This document shows, in pieces, positions 11,401 through 21,895 of a DNA stretch of 64,000 nt (the stretch's first letter is position 1; every line of letters starts with the position of its first letter). The notes below the pieces were generated by a model. That model was given only the letters and a program-made list of their open reading frames with translations, made no database searches and was not told the DNA's origin. The position numbers and the translations under genes were made by a program. This DNA comes from Trypanosoma brucei (taxonomy: Eukaryota): contig CM000208.1 of the NCBI GenBank assembly GCA_000002445.1, positions 2,944,001-3,008,000 on the forward strand. The letters run 5' to 3'.

Positions 11401-11887
11401 TTCCGGCGATGGGTGCGAAACAGGGTACCGGCCGAGTTGCGCCCCTTCCGGTCACCACAGGCCCGCCGTTAATATTGGAACTACTAGAAAGGCTCATGTT
11501 TGAGAGACTACCCCTCTCATCGCCCTGTCCGCCACCACCAATATTTGCTGCCTCTTCGGCACTTTTGGCACATTGGTTGGCACTGCCGAGACGGGCACTT
11601 TCTCGCCGACAACCTGTCCGTGGTGTTGTTGCTAACGTTCCAGTTTCAATAACGTACCTCAGGAGATTGCTATTGTCACTAGAAGGTTTTACACGGACTG
11701 CAACCCTCACAGCATCCTGGCTACTCTGCGACCCCCGCGGTGTCCGCTCAACCTTTCCACGGCAGCGGACAGGCGTACTCCCCTCCCGTTTCACTGTTGA
11801 CTGAGTTGTCACCGGTGTCGTCGCACCGATTTGAGGTATACCCGCCAGTACCTGAGCTGAGGATGAAGAAGACATCATCTGCCTCAC
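8480..11887 (-). CDS. Kinesin-like protein, N-terminal motor domain plus long coiled-coil stalk (1135 aa)
   Basis: P-loop GQTGSGKTHT, switch I NARSSRSHVLLSL and switch II LGDLAGSER are all present. The remainder is E/Q/L/R-rich heptad-like sequence. There is a Gly/Ser low-complexity insertion near the motor N-terminus. Confidence 0.9.
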   Translation of the reverse strand: MRQMMSSSSSAQVLAGIPQIGATTPVTTQSTVKREGSTPVRCRGKVERTPRGSQSSQDAVRVAVRVKPSSDNSNLLRYVIETGTLATTPRTGCRRESARLGSANQCAKSAEEAANIGGGGQGDERGSLSNMSLSSSSNINGGPVVTGRGATRPVPCFAPIAGTEEGNMLTVITPTADGAKEVQRTYEFGRVFGPSVSDSEICESIVPGIVEQLRAGFNACVLCYGQTGSGKTHTINVLAPAFINALFDNLDAENDIIELWYIQIYTNNAYNLLGRGKSEHGMLLQKPLGTAVPEPRYLVQNATLAIARIAEAQRKRFVSHHALNARSSRSHVLLSLHVTKCVGGIPVFTSRLTLGDLAGSERVKRTGVVGDELGEAIAINKSLSVLHSVIRATAEEADVLPVRESMLTLYLASTLADCYLLLIATVSLDKRSAAETKSSLDFATTAKRCVLTKTKERVRDLLMRNGCSFEEAYGNLTREIETLRHRVATLQEEVNIEKQLSSLTRREKHAPNSNDGMDHEGKEPEQPQKVNGDAATNTENSLANASGANSAEDPVIRDHVVALERQCAIFQSVLRERERDLCSLESRGDVAEELRQELEQRVRQCDEAQQTLEEAVLEVGTSELLHKVTDTFRWMQEQFDSMSEQKQVMAKTVEAMRSEQKRTMAELLEARKHIVQTEKSCEELRQRLERVTNENTGLTDQLEELNLKLLHEYTERVIREETVAWFKASGERAEECERLTTAFEDQRNLCDVLQSRLTSTEEELERGNKEHCALLQEMQKKDEAFRSIWILLTPQQKARFMSVGYGGDVVENSGSASLHQGHENVQLRSQVRTLKKQLEDEILCSRERDYRIEDLECENRLLQERLLHRENEYKSLVALDQDYMDEREQMEGQIAHLYTYIEEHNMKQRTSERQLREVQIEWEKLNEEYCNSQREVAELTAKLNKAKEEIRIQEANKHVLKNRHQHESRERDMKLAVLQHQLAVKQRTTDEVSRRLGLAERRRQHVTATVTAHKHHSDLVRRKAMKRNPELLRCQVGQPITTSQLIRATSLQTSLKRGHSQRPQRDAPKGLLRSRSSVSVDAAAGMRWDSRSSSNNQNGYVRRRTFSLNKQRDAPARSKFARTNSTLVERPALFF

Positions 11888-12345
11888 CTAGCAGGCAGGT
11901 GTACACTATTGTCACACTTCTTCCGTCTGATTCCCTCACCCCTTACGGTTCCAAGTAATGTCACGGGATTCCAAACCCTTATTTACTAAAAACAGGGTCA
12001 GATCTGTTGAGCGGTTCACCAAGTAGGTCCCAACCGCCTTTCGGAGCCCAGTGCGTCTTACCTACTTTATCCCTTGGGCGTTAAACCAATATAATTGACG
12101 TAGATCTTTGCCTGAAGCTAACTCTACAGAGTAATACAGCTCTCCAGCTACACCTAAAAAGAAGTGAGTTGCCCAACCAATTTAACTCTCTTCGTTTCTT
12201 CCATTTAATAAAGCAGAAATACATGTGAAAACAACATTTGGAAAGAGAGTTGCACAACCAAGTACATAAGCAGTCTCCACAGTAAAGCAAAATTAAAAGC
12301 GCATGCCCGTGAGCTTAGAGCATAGGAGGGCAATGGCCGTCGCCT

Positions 12346-12655
12346 CAACTTCACCACGTACGACATTCGACCCCATCTTCGGCATGTGATCCGTTCCCAT
12401 CGTCACAGGAAGTGACTCACCGGTCAGTGCTGCTTCGTCAACGTCAATCACACCTTCGTTAATCGTGCAGTCAGCGGGAACGGCGGAACCAGACCCAAGC
12501 TTCACAAGGTCACCGGGAACCAGTAATGCGGCGTCTATCTGCTGCCAGGTACCGTCACGGTAAGCGGTCGCAATAGGTTTCAAAGAGTTCTTCAGTGCAG
12601 CGACCGCATCACCAGCTTTTATCGTCTCATACCACCCAATGAGAGCGTTAGCGAG
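12346..12655 (-). pseudogene. Internal fragment (about codons 119-222) of the P-type H+-ATPase gene; relic copy
   Basis: About 310 bp nearly identical to 21229-21540 of the full gene (ORF 12293..12583 translates KPIATAYRDGTWQQIDAALLVPGDLVKLGSGSAVPADCTINEGVIDVDEAALTGESLPVTMGT...). Homology stops abruptly at both ends. There is no start and no P-type catalytic motifs. Confidence 0.85.
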
Positions 12656-14630
12656 TAATGTTAGAACACCGAACCACCATGTTCTGGCTATTTTTTTGTA
12701 CTACTAATACTCCTTTCCACCCCTTTGTTCGTGTGTGTGGAGGGAGTATTAAAACCAGAGCACGAACACTGCGTGCACTGCAGAGAACATATGTGGAAAT
12801 TCAAATATTAACTGTGACGAGATTGAACATTTGGTGCGGTTCCTTCTTGACATAACCGCGTATCAGAAGGAACACGTTAGGGAATTTCCTAACCGACCAT
12901 AGTTTTTCGCCACATGCACACGTGGCTTATTCCTTTGCTACCTCCTTCATGCGGCAATTGCCGCCGCGCACCGTAACGGTAAACCCAGTGTATGACCTCT
13001 CAAGAAATACAATGGTATGCATTTTCGCAGGATGACAAAAGAAGAGGACCTATATCATCTTTGTCCCTTCGCAATTTGCTCCGCTCCCCTTGAAAAAAAA
13101 AAAATCACATGACCGTACCGCCAAGAAACTTTCACCGCGAGAAGAAAAAAGAGAAGAATAAAATGAGCTTCGAGGGTCAGAAGCAGTTTGAAGGTAACAG
13201 GTGAGCGTAGCGAAAGGAACAACGGCCTAAATAGAGTGATATTCTCCCACAATAACCTTTTCCTCTTCGCTTATTTGGCGTTCCCTTACTGATAGCACTT
13301 TTACCGGTAAACAAACTACCACGCATGCGACCGACCACAGGTTTTGAAAAAAAAAAGCTTTAGATTTTATTTAACAATCTCATTTTCCCCTCTGACTACG
13401 TCCGCACGGAAAAAAAATCAGAAAATAATTTAAGAGAAAGGTACAAAAAAATAAAGGAAAAACGTGCCAACACATTGCCCTCGTTTCTACTGGTTTTGTT
13501 TTATTTGATACCTTCGATACTGCGCCCCAAAACGACGGAAACCGCGAGTCAGTTCAGTAAAAGATTTGTGCACGATCCAAGGTTTGTAAGATTTCTTTTT
13601 CATCCTTTACCGTTTCTTTGGGAAGGATGGATGGAAATGCGACCGTCATCTCCCTTTTTTCTGTCTCCACGCGCTCCCGCTCAAATTTCCCTTTACTCCT
13701 CCTCTTTTTTCTTCGAAAGGGTGGGGCATTCGCATACGCGTACGTGCAGAAATACACTTACGGATATTTGCAATAATGTGCAAAGGGAGATGATCGGCAC
13801 GTTAAAGGAGAAAACGAAAAATATTGCATCACAACCGAATTACTCCCGCGGCGCCACTCGCCCCTTTTTTTTCTCCCAAGTACCCAATACCACAAACCAC
13901 CCACTTTGAAAAGTTCCCCCCCTTTTTTTCCTTAGCCTCTGCTTTTTCCTAACCTCACTCCCCTGGCAATAATGTAGTTCCTCTTCTCCATTTCTCTTTC
14001 TCTCCCCATAAATGCCCGGGTTACACTGAGCACCAAAATATTTCACACAATGGTGCGGTGCTACTACGATGAAGCGAAGGAAAAAAAAAAGATGGATAAC
14101 CTCACAAATTTCACTCGTGTTTTCTTCTCAATTTCTCATTGATTGCATTCGTAAGCTTTCCCCCTTTTACATATATCTTAAAATCTTTTTACAATAAACA
14201 CTACTCGCTTCCCTCCTCTTTCCGCTATCATCAATGTAAGTACAACAAAATTACGCAAGCACCCAAGCTGTAAACGCGTGCTTCGTTCATAAGAAAATGA
14301 CGCTCTATCTTTTTTTTCCTTTACCTTTCATTACATTATCAATCTTTCGCAGTGTGTCAGTCCTATCGTTTGCCCTCCCACACACACACTTACACACACA
14401 CCATCATTACCAACTACTAAAAGTTCAAAACAAATAAACAATAACAACGATAATAAAGTCACCTCGTCATCTCTCCACTTTACGAGAGGGAATCATGACC
14501 GGTCCATCGAAATAATGCCGAGGCACATCGGAGGTTGCGAAATGGCCAGTTTTTTTCTCATTACACTTCGTCCCGTGTTTAGGAATTTTTTTAAACTGAA
14601 GGCTCTAATTACAGAGTCGACCGCGCGAGA

Positions 14631-14693
14631 ACCACCACCACCACCACTACCACCACCACCACCACCACCAAAAAAACAAACAAACAAACAAAG
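14631..14693. repeat. (ACC)13 followed by (CAAA)n microsatellite
   Basis: accaccacca... at 14631-14670, then aaaaaaacaaacaaacaaacaaag. Confidence 0.9.
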
Positions 14694-15444
14694 CGTTTAC
14701 GATAAAAAAAAAAAAGAATTAAGGAAAAGATCTTTTATTTCTCAGCATACACTCATGCTACTGCTGAAGCGTGCGACTGGGGTGACAAAATTAGAGGTTT
14801 ACGCTGCCGCTAATGGACAGGAGAACATCAGGCAACTGTTGAAATGCATATGGATGAGAACAATACCACACGCATGCAGCTCGCTACGTCCACGGTTGCG
14901 AGGGGAAATTGAATTATAACGACGGAACAATACCAAAAAAATCCGCTTTCCCACAAGTTAATGCACTGAAACATCGCAAAAAAAAGATGCATGAAAAGAA
15001 TATCCTCTCCAACAACAATACCCCACCTCTAGAGTTACCGATCACAGCCATGTCGCACACATAAAATACTCACAATAAAGACCGTTATATGTCTTTTCAT
15101 TAAAGAAAAGAAAAAAAATTAATAAAGCCAACATATAAGGGAAATAATGAGGATGAGGCAACAACGGAAGCGCACTGTTCAACCCCACAACAGCTTCGTG
15201 ATTCCCCACCTTCACCCACCCACCTTCACGCTCATTCAAAGAAAAAAAACATACACAAAAACTTACTAAGCATCCCTGATTAAAATGAAGGCCAACAGAT
15301 ACCACATTTCTAACCCCAATTCGCGAAAAGGAAAATAACACACGCACGCGCCTCCATATTAGCACAAACCAAACGAGAAAAGCGCAGCTTTATAAAAAAA
15401 AATCAATGTGATTGTTCCGAAAGGAGAAAAAAAATATAATATTT

Positions 15445-18183
15445 TTAAATAGGTTCCTTAGACGACTTAGCATTATAAACAATTTCTTTCCCACCGCTTG
15501 CACGAGACACACAGCCAAATATGTCGAAGGCCTCCATTAGCATGTGAGTCAAAACCTTCACGACATCTTGGACGATCCACCACAAAATGCAATATATCCA
15601 AACCCAAAGTGGATACAATCTATCCGCAACAGTTTCACCTCGTGCAAGACCCTCGACAGGAACACCATCAGAACTTGATTTCTTCCAAACCGAGGCGGCG
15701 ATCGTCGAGATTACCAGTGAGATCACCGCACCGACCAGCAGTATAGTGCCCGGAGCCATCGAGAAAAAGAACCTTCCACCAGTACGTGAGGAGAATAGAG
15801 TCAAGAAGTCAGAAATCGATATCTTGAGGTACAGGAGAGTAACTATTTTGCCCTCCTTCAAGGAAGGAATGTTGAGTTTGCCAAACCAAGAGTTGGGGTA
15901 CCTTTTCTCATCATAAGCATCAAGAGCCATCCACAGCAGTAGTAGAGACGAGGCACAGGCAACAACAGACATAATTATAGCGCTTGTGAACACAACAGGA
16001 ATGTTCCAACGCTGCGGAAGCTTCGAGGGCACCACACGGTCATATCCAATGGTCATCAGGCACCCGTCGTTCAGGAGCGTGATCAGCATGAACATCATCA
16101 CTGGGAGGTAGAAAACCTGGAATTCGGGGTTCTCAATTCCATAGTCGTGAGGTGTCAACGAGAAGCAGGCGATAAAAAAGAAGCACACCAACTGCATTGT
16201 GGCGGAAATACGGTATGTTAGAAAAGACAACATACGTTGGAACACCTGGCGCGATACAAACATCGCATCAACAACAACACTCAAACCAGGGTCTGTCAGC
16301 ACCATGTCTGCCGCGGCACGAGCGGCGTCTGTCGCGCCCTGTACAGCAATACCGACGTCCGCACGTTTCAGGGCAGGCGCGTCGTTCACACCATCACCAG
16401 TCATCGCGCACGTGTACCCGCGCTGCCGAAGCGCCTCAACGATCAAAAACTTGTGCTCGGGGAAGACCTGTGCGAACCCGCCGACACTCAGCATCATGTC
16501 ACCGTACTTCTCGCCAAGGTCGCTGGGCATATCGTTGACATCCACCTTGGGAAGCTTCTCGGCGGTTAGGATGTTCGGATCAAGGTCCAGCATGCGGCAC
16601 ATTTCCTTCGCAATGAGCACATGGTCACCAGTGATCATCTTTACATCCACGCCATACTGCCTACTACGGCGAATTGTCTCCTTCGTGTCCGGGCGCGGGG
16701 GATCGAGGAACGTCAGGATTCCACAGAGATGCCAACGACCCGCGGAGTCTGTTTTCGCCACAGAGAGGCATCGGATACCGCGCGACGCCAATTTGTCAAT
16801 GATATCGACCACAGAGTCATTGATCTCATCTTGATTGTGCACCATCTCTATAATAACGTGTGGTGCGCCTTTCGTCACACTGAACTTCTCACCACTTCGC
16901 TTATCAACCAATGTAGCGGCCGTTCGTTTCGTCGTTGGATCAAATGGCACGAACTCAAGCTGCTCGTAGTTGTCGCACTCGTCCAGATCTGCAGCACCAA
17001 GTACCATCGTGTCCAGTGCATCACGGGGAGGCTCACGCCACTTTGCTGCAAGCGCGGAAAGTACAAGCAGTGAACGCAGATCGTGACCCTTCTCAAATGT
17101 GAAGCACTGTTCCTGAATCTCCATCTTGTTCAACGTCAGAGTACCGGTTTTGTCAGAGCAAAGCATGTTCACACCAGACATTGTCTCAATGGCTGTCAGT
17201 CTCGTCACAATGATTTTGTGCTTCGACAGCTTCTTTGAACCCACAGCGAGAGTGGTCGTCACAACAATCTCCAAAGCAATAGGAATGGATACCACAAGCA
17301 CTACAACAGCGAACTGCAAGGCATCACGGAACTTTTGCTTGAAATTTACCATCAGATAGATGAAGCAAATCAAGCAAAGTACGAACGAGAAACTCGACAA
17401 GATGACCATCACGCGCATGAGAATTATACGGATACTGCCAATGTCAGCCTCCACAGACTGAAGTAGCGTTGCCGTCTTGCCAAAAAAGGTGCTCTGACCT
17501 GTGTATTGCACCGTCGCATCAACTTCACCACGTACGACATTCGACCCCATCTTCGGCATGTGTTCCGTTCCCATCGTCACAGGAAGTGACTCACCGGTCA
17601 GTGCTGCTTCGTCAACGTCAATCACACCTTCGTTAATCGTGCAGTCAGCGGGAACGGCGGAACCAGACCCAAGCTTCACAAGGTCACCGGGAACCAGTAA
17701 TGCGGCGTCTATCTGCTGCCAGGTACCGTCACGGTAAGCGGTCGCAATAGGTTTCAAAGAGTTCTTCAGTGCAGCGACCGCATCACCAGCTTTTATCGTC
17801 TCATACCACCCAATGAGAGCGTTAGCGAGCTGAATGCCGAGCAGGACGGCACCATCAGCAAAGTGCTGTAACGCAAACTGGATTATTATGACAATCCACA
17901 AAACAATCGGCATAGGGCCCCATAGATTCCGCAAAAATATCAGCCAACTGGGTGTTTTCTTTTCCGGCAGCTCGTTACGACCGTATTTAAGCAACAACTC
18001 CTCTGCTTCCGCGGATGTCAATCCCTTCGAGGGCGGCACCAGTGGTACACTGCCATCATCACCCTCACGGTGCTCACTGATAGCCTTTGATAGCACAGAT
18101 TGGCGGCGTTGCGGTTTCTGTGGCTTGTGCACTTCACCGGCGTCGTTGGTTCCCGGAACACCCTTTGGTCCAGTATCCCCCAT
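15445..18183 (-). CDS. P-type (type IIIA-like) plasma-membrane H+-ATPase, copy B, 912 aa
   Basis: Phosphorylation motif CSDKTGTLT, hinge MITGDHV and GDGVNDAPALKRADVGIAV are present, with about 10 TM helices. It resembles trypanosomatid H+-ATPases (TbHA / TcHA / LDH1 family). It is about 99% identical to copy A except for the last ~60 codons. Confidence 0.95.
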   Translation of the reverse strand: MGDTGPKGVPGTNDAGEVHKPQKPQRRQSVLSKAISEHREGDDGSVPLVPPSKGLTSAEAEELLLKYGRNELPEKKTPSWLIFLRNLWGPMPIVLWIVIIIQFALQHFADGAVLLGIQLANALIGWYETIKAGDAVAALKNSLKPIATAYRDGTWQQIDAALLVPGDLVKLGSGSAVPADCTINEGVIDVDEAALTGESLPVTMGTEHMPKMGSNVVRGEVDATVQYTGQSTFFGKTATLLQSVEADIGSIRIILMRVMVILSSFSFVLCLICFIYLMVNFKQKFRDALQFAVVVLVVSIPIALEIVVTTTLAVGSKKLSKHKIIVTRLTAIETMSGVNMLCSDKTGTLTLNKMEIQEQCFTFEKGHDLRSLLVLSALAAKWREPPRDALDTMVLGAADLDECDNYEQLEFVPFDPTTKRTAATLVDKRSGEKFSVTKGAPHVIIEMVHNQDEINDSVVDIIDKLASRGIRCLSVAKTDSAGRWHLCGILTFLDPPRPDTKETIRRSRQYGVDVKMITGDHVLIAKEMCRMLDLDPNILTAEKLPKVDVNDMPSDLGEKYGDMMLSVGGFAQVFPEHKFLIVEALRQRGYTCAMTGDGVNDAPALKRADVGIAVQGATDAARAAADMVLTDPGLSVVVDAMFVSRQVFQRMLSFLTYRISATMQLVCFFFIACFSLTPHDYGIENPEFQVFYLPVMMFMLITLLNDGCLMTIGYDRVVPSKLPQRWNIPVVFTSAIIMSVVACASSLLLLWMALDAYDEKRYPNSWFGKLNIPSLKEGKIVTLLYLKISISDFLTLFSSRTGGRFFFSMAPGTILLVGAVISLVISTIAASVWKKSSSDGVPVEGLARGETVADRLYPLWVWIYCILWWIVQDVVKVLTHMLMEAFDIFGCVSRASGGKEIVYNAKSSKEPI

Positions 18184-18290
18184 TTGTATATTCCTTTGGC
18201 CTTTACTACCTTAGATGTTACAAGTCTTCGGGAAGGGAAGAAACGAGTGCACAAGTCAGTGTTTCAGCAGTTGCACGACACCGGTTAATT
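15505..18290. repeat. Tandem duplication unit (copy B) of the H+-ATPase locus; period about 3712 bp
   Basis: Near-identical to 19217..22002. Homology includes about 105 nt upstream of the ATG and ends inside the last ~20 codons. Confidence 0.9.
18230..18247 (-). promoter_or_regulatory. Candidate polypyrimidine tract (coding-strand CTCGTTTCTTCCCTTCCC) with downstream AG; putative SL trans-splice acceptor region for ATPase copy B
   Basis: A purine run on the + strand 45-65 nt upstream of the ATG, conserved identically upstream of copy A. The kinetoplastid trans-splicing model needs a poly(Y) tract followed by AG. No experimental support. Confidence 0.35.
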
Positions 18291-19132
18291 CGCGACACGG
18301 AACGTCGAAAGAAAGGACGCAAAATCCCCCAGGATACGTTGTTGGGCCAAGTGACCTCAATGGTTATCAAAGGTATTAATGAACTATAGGTCCGGAAGTT
18401 GTTGGTAAACTCGACCCTCCCGCATTGAAAGTGTACATACAAGTAGCCACATGCACATTAGAGCTGCAATGAGCAACATCACAAAAACGCCTTTACACTC
18501 TCCATCCAATTCCCTTTCTTTTCAGTATTTTTCTTACTTTTGCTTGCAATTATTCTCTTATTAATGTTGGATACATTATTCGGTGTTGGTGGCACCAATA
18601 CCCTGCCCCCCCTTACTGCACTTTCCCATACTTTCCCCCCACCCATCATGCAAAGTTATACATCACTTATGCGATGTTGTTTACATTACCCCGTACACAT
18701 CCACTTCTTGTGTCCCTCCATCCCCCCACAGGCCATTCGTCGCGGGTTCTCCACCAAATGTCCCTGCTGCGTTGCGGGTCCCTCTGCACACACGCTGAGT
18801 TGTCGCACAGCATCCAATCACCCAACTCAAACAACCGGAGAAGAGGGAAGGTAAAGAGTTAAACGCTCTGCAGTACGCAACGCATCAAAAGCACATCTGA
18901 AATGAGAAACACATGGACGTGTAATTGACTGAATCCATGACACGGCCTATAAACTCGGTAAAGCATCCACTTTGCGTGCCACACAAGTGCAGCACGCGAA
19001 GTTCTTCCTTTCCCACTCCAGTCCGTTGCTACCGAGATCGCAGAGGAACATTCCACTCACAACGAGCAGGAAACAAACTAGGGCACGTCAGACGGAGGAA
19101 CATCATTGTCACGTCATGTTACTTTAGATTCA

Positions 19133-21895
19133 TTATAGCGTAGGTTCTTTAGGTGCACCACCCTCACCATCTTTACACACGCTGCCACACTCAACATCGG
19201 CCCCTCTCCCAGAACGCGACACACAGCCAAATATGTCGAAGGCCTCCATTAGCATGTGAGCAAGAACCTTCACGACATCTTGGACGATCCACCACAAAAT
19301 GCAATATATCCAAACCCAAAGCGGCAACAGCTTCGCTGCGGTATCTCCTCCAACCGCAAGACCCTCCGTCGGCACACCATCAGAACTTGATTTCTTCCAA
19401 ACCGAGGCGGCGATCGTCGAGATTACCAGTGAGATCACCGCACCGACCAGCAGTATAGTGCCCGGAGCCATCGAGAAAAAGAACCTTCCACCAGTACGTG
19501 AGGAGAATAGAGTCAAGAAGTCAGAAATCGATATCTTGAGGTACAGGAGAGTAACTATTTTGCCCTCCTTCAAGGAAGGAATGTTGAGTTTGCCAAACCA
19601 AGAGTTGGGGTACCTTTTCTCATCATAAGCATCAAGAGCCATCCACAGCAGTAGTAGAGACGAGGCACAGGCAACAACAGACATAATTATAGCGCTTGTG
19701 AACACAACAGGAATGTTCCAACGCTGCGGAAGCTTCGAGGGCACCACACGGTCATATCCAATGGTCATCAGGCACCCGTCGTTCAGGAGCGTGATCAGCA
19801 TGAACATCATCACTGGGAGGTAGAAAACCTGGAATTTGGGGTCCTCAATTCCATAGTCGTGAGGTGTCAACGAGAAGCAGGCGATAAAAAAGAAGCACAC
19901 CAACTGCAGCGTGGCGGAAATACGGTATGTTAGAAAAGACAACATACGTTGGAACACCTGGCGCGATACAAACATCGCATCAACAACAACACTCAAACCA
20001 GGGTCTGTCAGCACCATGTCTGCCGCGGCACGAGCGGCGTCTGTCGCGCCGTGTACAGCAATACCGACGTCCGCACGTTTCAGGGCAGGCGCGTCGTTCA
20101 CACCATCACCAGTCATCGCGCACGTGTACCCGCGCTGCCGAAGCGCCTCAACGATCAAAAACTTGTGCTCGGGGAAGACCTGTGCGAACCCGCCGACACT
20201 CAGCATCATGTCACCGTACTTCTCGCCAAGGTCGCTGGGCATATTATTGACATCCACCTTGGGAAGCTTCTCAACGGTTAGGATGTTCGGATCAAGGTCC
20301 AGCATGCGGCACATTTCCTTCGCAATGAGCACATGGTCACCAGTGATCATCTTTACATCCACGCCATACTGCCTACTACGGCGAATTGTCTCCTTCGTGT
20401 CCGGGCGCGGGGGATCGAGGAACGTCAGGATTCCACAGAGATGCCAACGACCCGCGGAGTCTGTTTTCGCCACAGAGAGGCATCGGATACCGCGCGACGC
20501 CAATTTGTCAATGATATCGACCACAGAGTCATTGATCTCATCTTGATTGTACACCATTTGTAGTATCACGTGTGGTGCGCCTTTCGTCACACTGAACTTC
20601 TCACCACTTCGCTTATCAACCAATGTAGCGGCCGTTCGTTTCGTCGTTGGATCAAATGGCACGAACTCAAGCTGCTCGTAGTTGTCGCACTCGTCCAGAT
20701 CTGCAGCACCAAGTACCATCGTGTCCAGTGCATCACGGGGAGGCTCACGCCACTTTGCTGCAAGCGCGGAAAGTACAAGCAGTGAACGCAGATCGTGACC
20801 CTTCTCAAATGTGAAGCACTGTTCCTGAATCTCCATCTTGTTCAACGTCAGAGTACCGGTTTTGTCAGAGCAAAGCATGTTCACACCAGACATTGTCTCA
20901 ATGGCTGTCAGTCTCGTCACAATGATTTTGTGCTTCGACAGCTTCTTTGAACCCACAGCGAGAGTGGTCGTCACAACAATCTCCAAAGCAATAGGAATGG
21001 ATACCACAAGCACTACAACAGCGAACTGCAAGGCATCACGGAACTTTTGCTTGAAATTTACCATCAGATAGATGAAGCAAGCCAAGCAAAGTACGAACGA
21101 GAAACTCGACAAGATGACCATCACGCGCATGAGAATTATACGGATACTGCCAATGTCAGCCTCCACAGACTGAAGTAGCGTTGCCGTCTTGCCAAAAAAG
21201 GTGCTCTGACCTGTGTATTGCACCGTCGCCTCAACTTCACCACGTACGACATTCGACCCCATCTTCGGCATGTGTTCCGTTCCCATCGTCACAGGAAGTG
21301 ACTCACCGGTCAGTGCTGCTTCGTCAACGTCAATCACACCTTCGTTAATCGTGCAGTCAGCGGGAACGGCGGAACCAGACCCAAGCTTCACAAGGTCACC
21401 GGGAACCAGTAATGCGGCGTCTATCTGCTGCCAGGTACCGTCACGGTAAGCGGTCGCAATAGGTTTCAAAGAGTTCTTCAGTGCAGCGACCGCATCACCA
21501 GCTTTTATCGTCTCATACCACCCAATGAGAGCGTTAGCGAGCTGAATGCCGAGCAGGACGGCACCATCAGCAAAGTGCTGTAACGCAAACTGGATTATTA
21601 TGACAATCCACAAAACAATCGGCATAGGGCCCCATAGATTCCGCAAAAATATCAGCCAACTGGGTGTTTTCTTTTCCGGCAGCTCGTTACGACCGTATTT
21701 AAGCAACAACTCCTCTGCTTCCGCGGATGTCAATCCCTTCGAGGGCGGAAGCAGCGGTACACTGCCATCATCACCCTCACGGTGCTCACTGATAGCCTTT
21801 GATAGCACAGATTGGCGGCGTTGCGGTTTCTGTGGCTTGTGCACTTCACCGGCGTCGTTGGTTCCCGGAACACCCTTTGGTCCAGTATCCCCCAT
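19133..21895 (-). CDS. P-type (type IIIA-like) plasma-membrane H+-ATPase, copy A, 920 aa, distinct C-terminal tail
   Basis: Same motifs as copy B. The C-terminus differs: ...SRSGRGADVECGSVCKDGEGGAPKEPTL versus ...SRASGGKEIVYNAKSSKEPI in copy B. Confidence 0.95.
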   Translation of the reverse strand: MGDTGPKGVPGTNDAGEVHKPQKPQRRQSVLSKAISEHREGDDGSVPLLPPSKGLTSAEAEELLLKYGRNELPEKKTPSWLIFLRNLWGPMPIVLWIVIIIQFALQHFADGAVLLGIQLANALIGWYETIKAGDAVAALKNSLKPIATAYRDGTWQQIDAALLVPGDLVKLGSGSAVPADCTINEGVIDVDEAALTGESLPVTMGTEHMPKMGSNVVRGEVEATVQYTGQSTFFGKTATLLQSVEADIGSIRIILMRVMVILSSFSFVLCLACFIYLMVNFKQKFRDALQFAVVVLVVSIPIALEIVVTTTLAVGSKKLSKHKIIVTRLTAIETMSGVNMLCSDKTGTLTLNKMEIQEQCFTFEKGHDLRSLLVLSALAAKWREPPRDALDTMVLGAADLDECDNYEQLEFVPFDPTTKRTAATLVDKRSGEKFSVTKGAPHVILQMVYNQDEINDSVVDIIDKLASRGIRCLSVAKTDSAGRWHLCGILTFLDPPRPDTKETIRRSRQYGVDVKMITGDHVLIAKEMCRMLDLDPNILTVEKLPKVDVNNMPSDLGEKYGDMMLSVGGFAQVFPEHKFLIVEALRQRGYTCAMTGDGVNDAPALKRADVGIAVHGATDAARAAADMVLTDPGLSVVVDAMFVSRQVFQRMLSFLTYRISATLQLVCFFFIACFSLTPHDYGIEDPKFQVFYLPVMMFMLITLLNDGCLMTIGYDRVVPSKLPQRWNIPVVFTSAIIMSVVACASSLLLLWMALDAYDEKRYPNSWFGKLNIPSLKEGKIVTLLYLKISISDFLTLFSSRTGGRFFFSMAPGTILLVGAVISLVISTIAASVWKKSSSDGVPTEGLAVGGDTAAKLLPLWVWIYCILWWIVQDVVKVLAHMLMEAFDIFGCVSRSGRGADVECGSVCKDGEGGAPKEPTL

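Noticed and set aside
12293-12583. 96-aa ORF as a possible small functional protein
   Set aside because: It is an exact internal slice of the ATPase gene with a fortuitous Met. It has no N-terminal segments, no catalytic motifs, and unrelated flanks.
16199-16834. Plus-strand ORFs of 110-211 aa (also 19911..20546, 16621..17073, 17834..18214) inside the H+-ATPase genes
   Set aside because: They lie antisense within strongly supported minus-strand genes, are duplicated only because the gene is duplicated, and have skewed S/R/P-rich composition typical of antisense frames.
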